Under the pieces are notes generated by a model. It ran no database searches, was not told where the DNA came from, and saw only the letters and a list, made by a program, of their open reading frames with translations. A program made the position numbers and the translations under genes. 45,795 bases of DNA from an uncultured Blautia sp. (lineage in GTDB: Bacteria > Bacillota > Clostridia > Lachnospirales > Lachnospiraceae), in assembly GCA_946629475.1 (NCBI GenBank), contig CAMOXX010000001.1:1-45795 (forward strand). The letters run 5' to 3'. Shown here one piece after another: positions 26,474-35,854 of the stretch. Numbering within the stretch: the stretch's first letter is position 1; every line of letters starts with the position of its first letter.

Positions 26474-27516
26474 TCCCGGAGCACCGCGAACAGTGCCTCC
26501 ATCTCCTCTCTCAGGCCGACCGTGATCCTCAGATAGTTGTCGATCCTCGGCTTCTTAAAATACCTCACATAAATATGGTTCTCCCGAAGAACGGCGAAAA
26601 GCTCCTCCGCGGGGATGAAAGAATGCCTGGCAAAAATAAAGTTGGCTCTGGAATCCCCGAAGAGAAATCCGAGAGACCGGAGCTCCTGTTTTGCCCACTC
26701 CCTCGTTTCTGTGATTTTCCTGCAGGTATCCTCAAAATAGGCGCGGTCCTTCATTGCCGCAGCTCCGCAGGCGATCGAGACACGGCTCATCGTATAGGAG
26801 TTGAACGAGTATTTCACATCATTCAGCGCCCTGATCAGCTCCGGGTTTCCCATCGCATAGCCGATTCTCATGCCGGCCAGGGATCTCGATTTTGAGAATG
26901 TCTGTACAACAATAAGGTTGTCGTATTTTCCGATCAGCGGCACACACGTGCTTCCCCCAAAATCGATATAAGCTTCATCCACAATCACAATCACATCCGG
27001 ATGGCTCCTGACGATCTCCTCCACCTGGTCCGGCGGAAGCTCGATCCCGGTAGGCGCGTTCGGATTGGGGAAAATGATTCCTCCCGCCTCCTGCATATAA
27101 TCTTCCGGACGAATCCCGAAATTTTCATCAAGAGGGACGCAGCGGTACGGAATCCGGTAAAGCCCCGCCCACACATCGTAGAAGGAATAGGTGATATCCG
27201 GGAAGAGAAGCGGCTTTTCCGAATTAAAAAATGTGAGAAAGCACATTGCCAGCACATCATCAGAGCCCACGCCGGCAAACACCTGGTCAGCAGAAAGCCC
27301 GTGGTTCTCGGCAATCGCGGAAACCAGATCGCCGGCCGTCGGATCCGGGTACAGCCTCAGGCTTTCAGTGCCGAAGCTCTCCAGCACTCTCCGCACTCCC
27401 GGAGCCGGCGGATAAGGGTTTTCATTTGTGTTCAGCTTGATCATGCTCTCATCCTTCGGCTGCTCCCCCGGTGTATAGGGGACCACCCTCCGGATATTGT
27501 TCTCCCATTGTCTCAT
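26449..27516 (-). CDS. hisC: Histidinol-phosphate aminotransferase
   Basis: YTPGEQP, KLNTNENPYPP, YPDP, GSDD, NPNAPTG, DEAYIDF, TFSKSRSLAGMRIG (PLP lysine) and LRITVG. Start ATG 27516. Confidence 0.9.
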   Translation of the reverse strand: MRQWENNIRRVVPYTPGEQPKDESMIKLNTNENPYPPAPGVRRVLESFGTESLRLYPDPTAGDLVSAIAENHGLSADQVFAGVGSDDVLAMCFLTFFNSEKPLLFPDITYSFYDVWAGLYRIPYRCVPLDENFGIRPEDYMQEAGGIIFPNPNAPTGIELPPDQVEEIVRSHPDVIVIVDEAYIDFGGSTCVPLIGKYDNLIVVQTFSKSRSLAGMRIGYAMGNPELIRALNDVKYSFNSYTMSRVSIACGAAAMKDRAYFEDTCRKITETREWAKQELRSLGFLFGDSRANFIFARHSFIPAEELFAVLRENHIYVRYFKKPRIDNYLRITVGLREEMEALFAVLRDYIASRAT

Positions 27517-27535
27517 AACATCTCCCAAACTCCCG

Positions 27536-28147
27536 TCACAGCTGATTGAGGAAGGCAAACGGTTCGTCGTCGCTCACAAAATGCATGAGCATGTAGGCGC
27601 ACATAATGGCCACCTTTTCCTCCCGCAGGATCCTCCGCACCTCATCCCGGTCAGCCAGCACGACCTCGATCTCCTCGGACGCTTCTTCCGCATCCGTACT
27701 GACCGTACCCTCCGCATAGCCGTACACGGTTGCGCAGGATTCATCGGTCAGGCCGACCGTTGTAAAGAACGGCTTCTGGTAACCCTCCTGTACAGGAACC
27801 GGATGCAGCGTGAGCCCCGTCTCCTCGTAAAGCTCCCGCACGGCACACTCCTGACAGCTTTCGCCCGGCTCAACCAGTCCTGCCGGGAATTCGTAAATAT
27901 AGTCCCCGATCGAGTACCGGTACTGGCGGATCAGCACCACTTTGTCACGGTTCTCACCGCAGATGCTGTAAATCACCACCCCGTCCGGATCATTCCGCCG
28001 GGTCACAGCCTTCATGGCATCGATGCTTGTTGACCTCGATGCGACATAATAGCTTACCGGCGTCTCATGAACGCTGGTCGCGTCAAAGTGATACAGATTG
28101 ACAAACCGGTTGTCGGTCAGCTTTTCAATATGGTTGATTCTGCCCAT
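27536..28147 (-). CDS. NUDIX hydrolase (ADP-ribose pyrophosphatase-like)
   Basis: RQYRY...EFPAGLVEPGES...AVRELYEETG Nudix box. Confidence 0.88.
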   Translation of the reverse strand: MGRINHIEKLTDNRFVNLYHFDATSVHETPVSYYVASRSTSIDAMKAVTRRNDPDGVVIYSICGENRDKVVLIRQYRYSIGDYIYEFPAGLVEPGESCQECAVRELYEETGLTLHPVPVQEGYQKPFFTTVGLTDESCATVYGYAEGTVSTDAEEASEEIEVVLADRDEVRRILREEKVAIMCAYMLMHFVSDDEPFAFLNQL

Positions 28148-28160
28148 CGGCTTCCTCCTT

Positions 28161-30215
28161 TTACTCTTCTTCCGTCACAGGCTTCACCGCTTTCCACGGG
28201 TTTCTGGCAAACAGCGCATAGCAGGTGCGGTCGTAACTCTTCGAAAGTGCCTTCCGGGTAGAACTGTTGCTCCGCTGGCATACCGTCAGGCGGTCAAAGT
28301 TCTGAAGCTCCGTTCCCGATATGATCAGCGTGGTAGGATTCACATAAACCGTGTCATACCACTCATTGTTGAGCTTCACCTCGCTCGAAGGCGTAAAGTT
28401 GGTTCCCCTGATATAATAGGAAAACTCCGATGCATTGCCGAGCGAGATGGAATCCAGCGTAAGATCATAGAGCCCCATCTTCATCTTTGCCTTTTTGTAC
28501 GGACTGCTGCCGCCGTAGCTGTACTGTTTTCCATAAAGGAGGTCGTACTGCAGGGCTTCCAGATCCACCTGATAGTTCCGGGTGCTGCGCCTCGCCTGAT
28601 GATAGCGGAACACATTTCCTTCATGGATGCCGATGCGGTCCATGACCTCGGCTGCCATCTGGTACGCGGCAAGGTTCTCGTCCTTCTTCGTCAGGCCGAA
28701 ATTATCCCACATCACGTACTCTGTCTGGAACAGGTACCGGTTTTTCACATCCTCCACCGAAAGTCCCATCGTGGGCAGATGATCCCCGTACATGACAAGG
28801 ACGACATCCTCCGGATATTCCGACAGTTCATCGACCAGCTCCGCGACAAAATCATCCATCTCACGGATCTGATTTACATAGTATTCCCACTTGCAGTCCT
28901 GCTCATAGGTCGGCGACCCCGATACCGTGATCTGCGGATCCTCCAGCACCGGTTCGTCCGGATAATCCCCATGTCCCTGCACCGAAACGGTATAGATGTA
29001 ATCCGCACCTTCCGTCGCGTTCAGGCATTTCATGATCTCCTCCGTGAGCACCCTGTCCCTCACCCATCCGAGCGGATTCACATCATCCTCATGGACCATG
29101 TACTCTTCAGAGATAAAATAATCGAATCCCATCCTGGGGAACACACTTTTACGGGAATAAAAATTCGCTTCATTATTGTGGATCGCGTGGGCCGTATAGC
29201 CGAGATCCTTCAGTACATAAGGCGCGCTCTCGCAGGTCGACTCCTGGAGAATGCTCTTGTACGGGTACTCTCCGGGCCCGAAATAGTGGAGACTCATACC
29301 GGTGATCGTCTCAAATTCCGTATTGGCCGTCCCGGCTCCGACCGAAGGCACTTTAAAGTATCCGGAGGAATAATCCTTCATCAGCTTCCGGAAGGTCGGA
29401 ATCGGATCCTCGGAGATCTCCAGATAGTTCACCAGCTCCGGGTCAAAAAAGGACTCCAGCTGCAGGAATATAATGTTCGGATGGCTCTCTTCCTTCGTCT
29501 CGGGAAGATTGCGCTCCGAGTTCTGAATCTCCTGGATCTGCTTTGCAGAATACCCGCTCGGCTGGCTGATGCCTGTATCAAAGATCGTGGTTGCAAGGCA
29601 GTACGGATAGCCGTAATCCTCGTACGCAAAAGCGATATTTCCGAAATAGTTCGACAGGATCCGCTGAGAAAGAGCGAACCTGGTGCCAAGCGCAAACAGG
29701 CCGATGCAGATCAGAACTGCCGGAATATTATACCGGTATTTCATTCTGCCCTTGTATTTCGGAGCCTTGATCAGGACAATCAGCAGGAAAACCGCGATTG
29801 CGATAAGCACAATATAGCACAGCGTTACGCCGTAAGGCGGAAGGTATTTCTTTGCGATTGCCAGCCCGTCCGTCAGATTTTTCACATCAGGCCCGGTAAA
29901 CGGAGTCACCCTGTTGAGCAGAAGGATTCCGTTGATCAGGGCAAGCAGCAGCCAGAAGGCTGACACAAACACCCTCCAGAAAATCCTTCTTCTTGACAGG
30001 TACGCGATCAGCATCGTGGTAAAAATGAAGGCAGTATTATAGAGAAATACCAGCGGACGCGTCGTCATGAAGGTCCAGGCTTCCAGTACAGAATGCCTGC
30101 ACATCGCCTCCATGACAAAATACAGTACGGCACACCACAGAGCCTGCAGTACCGGCGATATTCGGTTGCAAATCTTCGTCAGCATTCCCTGCCATCTCCT
30201 TTGTGGGTTCATCAA
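28161..30215 (-). CDS. LTA synthase / sulfatase-family membrane phosphoglycerol transferase
   Basis: Five N-terminal TM helices; NIIFLQLESF, GTANTEFE (catalytic Thr), HNN, QGHG and YGDHLP motifs. Confidence 0.88.
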   Translation of the reverse strand: MMNPQRRWQGMLTKICNRISPVLQALWCAVLYFVMEAMCRHSVLEAWTFMTTRPLVFLYNTAFIFTTMLIAYLSRRRIFWRVFVSAFWLLLALINGILLLNRVTPFTGPDVKNLTDGLAIAKKYLPPYGVTLCYIVLIAIAVFLLIVLIKAPKYKGRMKYRYNIPAVLICIGLFALGTRFALSQRILSNYFGNIAFAYEDYGYPYCLATTIFDTGISQPSGYSAKQIQEIQNSERNLPETKEESHPNIIFLQLESFFDPELVNYLEISEDPIPTFRKLMKDYSSGYFKVPSVGAGTANTEFETITGMSLHYFGPGEYPYKSILQESTCESAPYVLKDLGYTAHAIHNNEANFYSRKSVFPRMGFDYFISEEYMVHEDDVNPLGWVRDRVLTEEIMKCLNATEGADYIYTVSVQGHGDYPDEPVLEDPQITVSGSPTYEQDCKWEYYVNQIREMDDFVAELVDELSEYPEDVVLVMYGDHLPTMGLSVEDVKNRYLFQTEYVMWDNFGLTKKDENLAAYQMAAEVMDRIGIHEGNVFRYHQARRSTRNYQVDLEALQYDLLYGKQYSYGGSSPYKKAKMKMGLYDLTLDSISLGNASEFSYYIRGTNFTPSSEVKLNNEWYDTVYVNPTTLIISGTELQNFDRLTVCQRSNSSTRKALSKSYDRTCYALFARNPWKAVKPVTEEE

Positions 30216-32872
30216 ACATACAGCTGCTCCAGAAAAGCGATGACCTTATCCATCATTTCCTGATATTTCGCAAGCTTTTCCTTCTCCGCATTCACCTTGG
30301 CCTCAGGAGCTTTATTCACAAAATTCGGGTTCTTAAGCATCCCGGTGCACCTTGCGATTTCCTTTTCGAGCCGCTCTTTTTCTTTCGTAAGGCGAGCCGT
30401 CTCTTTCTCGCGGTCCACCAGATCCTCAAGAGGAAGGTACGCTACCGCGTCATGCACCACAACAGAAACCGCGTCAGAACCGATCCCGGTCTTATCCTCC
30501 TGTACATGGATCTCATTCGCATAGGCAAGGTTCCGGAACGAATCCGCGCTCTTCCGGTAACGGCCGCAGGCAGCCGCGTCGCGCCCCACAACGTACACAT
30601 GGGTTTTGCGCCCGGTCGGAACCTGCATCGAGGTCCGGGTGTTCCGGATCCCGCGGATCACATCCTGCCATCCTGCGATCACACTCTCATCCTCAGGGAA
30701 GGAAAGCTCCTCACTGTACTCCGGCCACGCGGAAATCATGATCGATTCCTCCTCCGGGAGAAGCGTACAGTATATTTCCTCTGTGATGAACGGCATGAAG
30801 GGATGCAGAAGCTTCAGGGCTGTTGTCAGCGTACGGCGCAGAGTATAGAGCGCTTCGCCGGCAGCCGCCGGGTCGTTCTCCTTGTTCCACAGCCGTACTT
30901 TCGCGATCTCGATATACCAGTCGCAGAACTCGTCCCAGAGGAAATCATAAACCTTCTGGACGGCAATGCCGAGTTCATACTTGTCAAGGTTTTCGGTGAC
31001 CTCTTTTGTCAGTGTATTGACACGGGAAAGGATCCACTTGTCCTCCGGGCAGAACGCGTCAAAGCTCTCCGGCACGGCAATTTCGCTGCCGTCCAGATTC
31101 ATCTGGATAAAGCGGGAAGCGTTCCAGATCTTATTGGCAAAATTGCGGCTCGCTTCAACCTTTTCCCAGTAAAAACGCATATCGTTCCCCGGAGCGTTTC
31201 CTGTCGTAAGCGTCAGGCGAAGGGCATCAGCCCCGTATTTATCGATCACGTCAAGAGGGTCGATCCCGTTTCCGAGAGACTTGCTCATCTTCCGCCCCTG
31301 TCCGTCACGCACAAGGCCGTGAATCAGAACATGGTGGAAGGGTGATTTCCCTGTCTGCTCCAGACCCGAAAAGACCATCCGGATTACCCAGAAAAAGATA
31401 ATGTCATAGCCTGTAACCAGAACATCCGTCGGATAAAAGTATTCCAGCTCGGGGGTCTTTTCCGGCCAGCCCAGGGTCGAGAACGGCCAGAGCGCGGAGC
31501 TGAACCAGGTATCCAGCGTATCCTCATCCTGATGGAAATGATGTCCGCCGCATTTCGGGCAGACTTCCGGCATACCGGCGGCCACAACGGTCTCACCGCA
31601 GTCGTCGCAGTAGTAGGCGGGAATCCTGTGTCCCCACCACAGCTGGCGGGAGATACACCAGTCGCGGATATTCAGGAGCCAGTGCAGGTATGTCTTGTCA
31701 AAACGGTCCGGGACAAAGGTGAGGTCACCGGTTTCGAGCACTTTGATCGCTTCTTTTGCCATCTCGTCCATCCGGACAAACCACTGCGGTTTGATCAGCG
31801 GCTCCACCGTAGTACCGCAGCGGTCGTGGGTTCCAACGGCATGGCGGTGCGGAACCACCTTTACAAGAAGACCGAGCTCTTTTAAATCCTCCACGATCAC
31901 CTTACGGGCTTCGTAGCGGTCCATCCCGGCGTACTTTCCGCCGCGCTCATTGATCGTGGCATCATCGTTCATGATGTTGATCTCGGCAAGGCCATGGCGG
32001 CGTCCGACCTCAAAGTCGTTGGGGTCGTGGGCCGGAGTGATCTTCACGCATCCGGTACCGAACTCTTTATCCACATACTCGTCCGCGATCACCGGGATCT
32101 GCCGCCCTGTGAGCGGAAGCTCGAGCATTTTTCCAACAAGGTCTTTATAACGGTCATCCTCCGGATTGACTGCTACCGCGGTATCGCCCAGAAGGGTCTC
32201 CGGCCGGGTCGTCGCGATCTCGACAAAGCGTCCTTCCTCCCCGACGATCGGATAATTGATGTGCCAGAAAAAGCCGTCCTGCTCCTCGTGCACCACCTCC
32301 GCATCGGAGATGGATGTCCGGCAGGTCTCGCACGGGCACCAGTTGATAATGCGCGATCCTTTGTAGATGTAACCCTTTTCGTACAGGCGGATAAACACCT
32401 CCGTGACCGCTTTGGAACAGCCCTCGTCCATAGTAAAGCGTTCCCTGTCCCAGTCAGCGGACGCGCCGAGCTTTTTCAGCTGATTGATGATCCTTCCGCC
32501 GTACTCTTCCTTCCATGCCCAGGCATGCTTTAAAAACTCCTCCCGGCCGATCTCATCCTTGTTGATGCCCTCATTTTTCAGCTTTTCAATAACCTTCACT
32601 TCGGTCGCGATCGCCGCGTGGTCCGTCCCCGGCTGCCAGAGTGTCTCATACCCCTGCATCCTCTTAAAGCGGATCAGGATATCCTGCATCGTCTCGTCGA
32701 GGGCATGCCCCATGTGCAGCTGTCCCGTAACATTGGGCGGCGGCATAACAATCGTAAATGGTTTTTTATCCGGGTTCACCTCAGCGTGAAAGTACCCTCT
32801 GTCCATCCATTTTTTGTAAAGTCGTTCCTCGATCCCTTTCGGATCATACGTTTTTGCAAGTTCGATCTTCAT
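30212..32872 (-). CDS. valS: Valine--tRNA ligase
   Basis: PPPNVTG, HMGH, GTDHA, ATTRPET, DWCISRQLWWGH, DTWFSS, KMSKS and a C-terminal coiled-coil arm. Confidence 0.98.
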   Translation of the reverse strand: MKIELAKTYDPKGIEERLYKKWMDRGYFHAEVNPDKKPFTIVMPPPNVTGQLHMGHALDETMQDILIRFKRMQGYETLWQPGTDHAAIATEVKVIEKLKNEGINKDEIGREEFLKHAWAWKEEYGGRIINQLKKLGASADWDRERFTMDEGCSKAVTEVFIRLYEKGYIYKGSRIINWCPCETCRTSISDAEVVHEEQDGFFWHINYPIVGEEGRFVEIATTRPETLLGDTAVAVNPEDDRYKDLVGKMLELPLTGRQIPVIADEYVDKEFGTGCVKITPAHDPNDFEVGRRHGLAEINIMNDDATINERGGKYAGMDRYEARKVIVEDLKELGLLVKVVPHRHAVGTHDRCGTTVEPLIKPQWFVRMDEMAKEAIKVLETGDLTFVPDRFDKTYLHWLLNIRDWCISRQLWWGHRIPAYYCDDCGETVVAAGMPEVCPKCGGHHFHQDEDTLDTWFSSALWPFSTLGWPEKTPELEYFYPTDVLVTGYDIIFFWVIRMVFSGLEQTGKSPFHHVLIHGLVRDGQGRKMSKSLGNGIDPLDVIDKYGADALRLTLTTGNAPGNDMRFYWEKVEASRNFANKIWNASRFIQMNLDGSEIAVPESFDAFCPEDKWILSRVNTLTKEVTENLDKYELGIAVQKVYDFLWDEFCDWYIEIAKVRLWNKENDPAAAGEALYTLRRTLTTALKLLHPFMPFITEEIYCTLLPEEESIMISAWPEYSEELSFPEDESVIAGWQDVIRGIRNTRTSMQVPTGRKTHVYVVGRDAAACGRYRKSADSFRNLAYANEIHVQEDKTGIGSDAVSVVVHDAVAYLPLEDLVDREKETARLTKEKERLEKEIARCTGMLKNPNFVNKAPEAKVNAEKEKLAKYQEMMDKVIAFLEQLYV

Positions 32873-32913
32873 GTAATCCTCCGTGTATTCACTGTGTATC
32901 TCGTACGGCCGCC

Positions 32914-33552
32914 TCAGGCAAGCTTTCCGGCAGAGCTGGATCCGATCCGGTCGCAGCCGAGGGCCAGATAGGCTTCCATATCTTCCTTCGTGCGGATTCC
33001 GCCTGCTGCCTTCATCCTGACATCCGGACCGATATGCTCTTTAAAGAGGGCGATATCCTCCAGAGTGGCACCAGCCGTTCCGAAGCCGGTGGATGTTTTG
33101 ATGAAATCGGCGCCGGACTCGGTCACGATGCCGCAAAGGCGGATTTTCTCCTCCTCGGTCAGATAGCAGGTTTCGATAATCACCTTCAGGATTTTTCCCT
33201 CCGTCAGTTTTCTGAGGGCTTTGATCTCACGCAGCACCGCGTCGTAGTCCCCGTTCTTGACGTCGCTGATATTGATCACCATATCCACTTCATCCGCGCC
33301 GTCCTCAATTGCTTTTCGGGTCTCGGCCTCCTTGGCCTCGGTCACACTGTATCCCAGCGGGAATCCCACTACGGTGCAGATATTGAGGTCAGGATAGGCC
33401 TTTCTGATCCTGCTGATATAGCAGGGAGGCACGCACACAGATGCTGTATGGAGCTCTGTCGCCTCGCGGCAGAGCCTGTCGATATCTTCCCAGGATGCAA
33501 AGGCTTTCAGCTGGGTATGGTCCACATGAGCAAGAATCTCCGGTATATTCAT
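32914..33552 (-). CDS. deoC: Deoxyribose-phosphate aldolase
   Basis: DHTQLK, TVVGFPLG, DEVDMVIN, LKVIIET, FIKTSTGF, KAAGGIR and RIGSS motifs. Confidence 0.96.
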   Translation of the reverse strand: MNIPEILAHVDHTQLKAFASWEDIDRLCREATELHTASVCVPPCYISRIRKAYPDLNICTVVGFPLGYSVTEAKEAETRKAIEDGADEVDMVINISDVKNGDYDAVLREIKALRKLTEGKILKVIIETCYLTEEEKIRLCGIVTESGADFIKTSTGFGTAGATLEDIALFKEHIGPDVRMKAAGGIRTKEDMEAYLALGCDRIGSSSAGKLA

Positions 33553-33602
33553 ATTATTTCTCCTCTAAAAAATTGCGTTTCGCGCTCCCACAGTCCTGCC
33601 CG

Positions 33603-34016
33603 TCAAATCAGATTTGAAGGGGAAAAGGCGTGGGGCAGGATCTCCTTCAGGGTGTAAACATGATAATCCTCTTCCGACACGGCAATGATTACTTCAAACG
33701 TGTCCATATCGCAGAATTCAGCCATCACCTGCCGGCAGATTCCGCAGGGCCAGGCTTCCACGTACTCTCCTCCGGTTTTTCCGCCGACGACCGCTATCGC
33801 GGAAAAGTCCCGTTTTCCGTCGAAAACCGCCCGAAAAAAAGCCGTGCGTTCCGCACAGTTGGTCGCTCCGTAGGAAGCGTTCTCAATATTGCAGCCCTCG
33901 TAAACCGTGCCGTCCTTTGCAAGAAGCGCGGCACCGACCTGGAATCCTGAATAGGGGGTATAGGCTTTTTCACGCGCCGCAAACGCTGCCCGGATCAGTT
34001 CCCTGTAATCGGTCAT
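33603..34016 (-). CDS. cdd: Cytidine deaminase
   Basis: AYTPYSGFQVGAAL, GCNIENASY, CAERTA and PCGICRQ motifs. Confidence 0.96.
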   Translation of the reverse strand: MTDYRELIRAAFAAREKAYTPYSGFQVGAALLAKDGTVYEGCNIENASYGATNCAERTAFFRAVFDGKRDFSAIAVVGGKTGGEYVEAWPCGICRQVMAEFCDMDTFEVIIAVSEEDYHVYTLKEILPHAFSPSNLI

Positions 34017-34020
34017 GGCA

Positions 34021-34212
34021 TCATACCTCCTGCTTCGGCATGATGATTGCAGCCAGAATATAGGCTACGACTCCCGCTCCGCCAAATGCCGAAACAATCG
34101 CCCATCCTACCCGGATCACAGTCGGATCAACATTGAAATACTCGGCGATGCCGCCGCAGACGCCGCAGATGATCTTATTGTCTTCTGACCGGCAGAGTTT
34201 TTTTTCGTACAT
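34021..34212 (-). CDS. PspC domain membrane protein
   Basis: KKLCRS...GVCGGIAEYFNVDPTVIRV...YILAAIIMP; GGGAGGAG RBS before ATG 34212. Confidence 0.88.
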   Translation of the reverse strand: MYEKKLCRSEDNKIICGVCGGIAEYFNVDPTVIRVGWAIVSAFGGAGVVAYILAAIIMPKQEV

Positions 34213-34299
34213 AAGGTCTCCTCCCTGTTTTAAGGCCATTGCCTTCCTGATTGACGGATCCATTCTGAAACGTTATGATGTAGACGTTCCTTAACAATC

Positions 34300-34328
34300 A
34301 ATGTATAACTTTCATACTTCTTTGTCAA
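34300..34328 (-). promoter_or_regulatory. Putative SigA promoter for the pspC-cdd-deoC-valS run
   Basis: Minus strand TTGACA (34328-34323), 17 bp, TACATT (34305-34300). Confidence 0.55.
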
Positions 34329-34345
34329 GTAAAGAGGATCTCATT

Positions 34346-35854
34346 ATGGCAATAAACACAGGCCTTCCGGCCGCTTTTCTCGAACGGATGGAACAGCTGC
34401 TGGGCGAAGAATTTCCCGATTTTCTTGCCAGTTATCCCCGCAAAAGAACCTACGGGCTGCGGGTCAACATATCCAAAATCACCCCGGAAGCATTCGAACA
34501 GATCTGCCCGTTCGAAATCCGGCCGATCCCCTGGATTCGCGGCGGGTATTTTTACAATGAGGATGTCCGTCCCTCCCTCTGCCCGCTTTACCGTGCCGGG
34601 CTGTACTACCTGCAGGATCCCGGCGCCATGATCCCGGCATCCCTGCTGCCCGTAGAGGACGGCGACCGTGTCCTTGACCTGTGCGCGGCGCCGGGAGGAA
34701 AGGCGACCGCCCTTGCCGCAAAGCTGGGCGGGACCGGTCTCCTTGCCGCCAACGATATCAGCAGCACCCGCGCAAAAGCCCTGCTCCGCAATCTGGAGCT
34801 TTTCGGAAATGTCAACACCCTGGTCCTGAATGAGGATCCCGAAAAGCTGGCAGAACAGTTTGAGGGAACCTTTGATAAAATCCTGCTCGACGCCCCCTGT
34901 TCGGGCGAAGGCATGTTCCGCAAGGATCCCTCCCTTGCGTCCGACTGGAGCCCCGAAAAGTCCGCTGCTCTCTCACGGCTTCAAAAAAAGCTGATTCATC
35001 TTGCCGCAAAAATGCTCCGCCCCGGCGGAATGCTTCTCTACTCCACCTGCACCTTCAGTACAGAGGAGGATGAGGAGGTCGTATCGGATCTCCTCCGGGC
35101 CGATCCCGGGTTCCGGCTGGTATCCCCGGAATGGTACGATGGCTTTGCCTGCGGAATCCCTGACAGCACCGGCACCCCCGGACTGGAAAAGTGTGTGCGG
35201 ATCTACCCGCACAGGATGGAAAGCGAAGGGCAGTTTGCCGCCCTGCTCCAAAAGGCTCCGGACTCCCGGGTGCTTCCGGATGAGCCGGAAGCCGGAAACG
35301 CATTCATAACCGCCGGTCAGGAGGAGCGGTCCGGCCGGCCTTCCAGAAAAAAGAGAACGCGGACAGAGCAGAAAAAAGACACAGGAAAAAGAGATTCCCG
35401 CCCGGAGGCCCTCCGGCATATCACCTCTTTTTTTGAGGAGATCGGCCTCAGGACTCTCTCCGGACAGGAATTCCGAGCAGATACCCTGGAAATCCGGGGC
35501 GACAGGGCATACTATGTGCCCGCCCCGGTTCCCGGATTCCGCGGCCTTACTTTTCTCCGGAACGGGCTGTACCTGGGGGACCTGAAAAAGAACCGCTTTG
35601 AACCGTCCCAGGCGCTCGCACTCGCGCTGCGGCCGGGCGACGCCTCTTCCTGCATTACCCTTTCTGTCTCTGATGAAAGGCTGAACGCCTATCTCTCCGG
35701 CTCTCCCGTCTTTATAGCCCCGGAGGAAACGCCTGTATCCTCCGGATGGTGCCTCCTGTGCGCCGGCCCATATCCGCTTGCCTTCGGGAAGCTTGTGAAC
35801 GGCCAGCTGAAAAACAAAATTCCGGCAGGGTGGCGTACTCTCAGTCCACAATGA
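34346..35854 (+). CDS. rsmF: RsmF/RsmB/NOL1-family RNA (cytosine-C5) methyltransferase
   Basis: YYLQDP, DLCAAPGGK, LLDAPCSGEGMFRK and YSTCTF motifs; RsmF-type C-terminal domains (KKNRFEPSQ, LKNKIP). Confidence 0.85.
   Translation: MAINTGLPAAFLERMEQLLGEEFPDFLASYPRKRTYGLRVNISKITPEAFEQICPFEIRPIPWIRGGYFYNEDVRPSLCPLYRAGLYYLQDPGAMIPASLLPVEDGDRVLDLCAAPGGKATALAAKLGGTGLLAANDISSTRAKALLRNLELFGNVNTLVLNEDPEKLAEQFEGTFDKILLDAPCSGEGMFRKDPSLASDWSPEKSAALSRLQKKLIHLAAKMLRPGGMLLYSTCTFSTEEDEEVVSDLLRADPGFRLVSPEWYDGFACGIPDSTGTPGLEKCVRIYPHRMESEGQFAALLQKAPDSRVLPDEPEAGNAFITAGQEERSGRPSRKKRTRTEQKKDTGKRDSRPEALRHITSFFEEIGLRTLSGQEFRADTLEIRGDRAYYVPAPVPGFRGLTFLRNGLYLGDLKKNRFEPSQALALALRPGDASSCITLSVSDERLNAYLSGSPVFIAPEETPVSSGWCLLCAGPYPLAFGKLVNGQLKNKIPAGWRTLSPQ

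Noticed and set aside
26449-27516. CobD (threonine-phosphate decarboxylase) linked to B12 supply for the BMC
   Set aside because: The N-terminal YTPGEQP/KLNTNENPY pattern fits HisC, a histidinol-phosphatase-like gene is adjacent, and no cob genes or B12 enzyme are present.
28098-29963. Long plus-strand ORFs antisense to real genes (e.g. 28098-29963, 16109-17533, 19952-21385, 13587-14924, 40048-41379)
   Set aside because: They mirror well-supported minus-strand genes, have no recognisable motifs or RBS, and are expected shadows of codon bias.
32914-33552. deoC as the missing BMC signature enzyme (sugar-phosphate-utilisation type BMC)
   Set aside because: It is more than 8 kb away in a separate transcription unit beside cdd, has no encapsulation-peptide extension, and no RpiB partner is present. 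It looks like ordinary nucleoside salvage.
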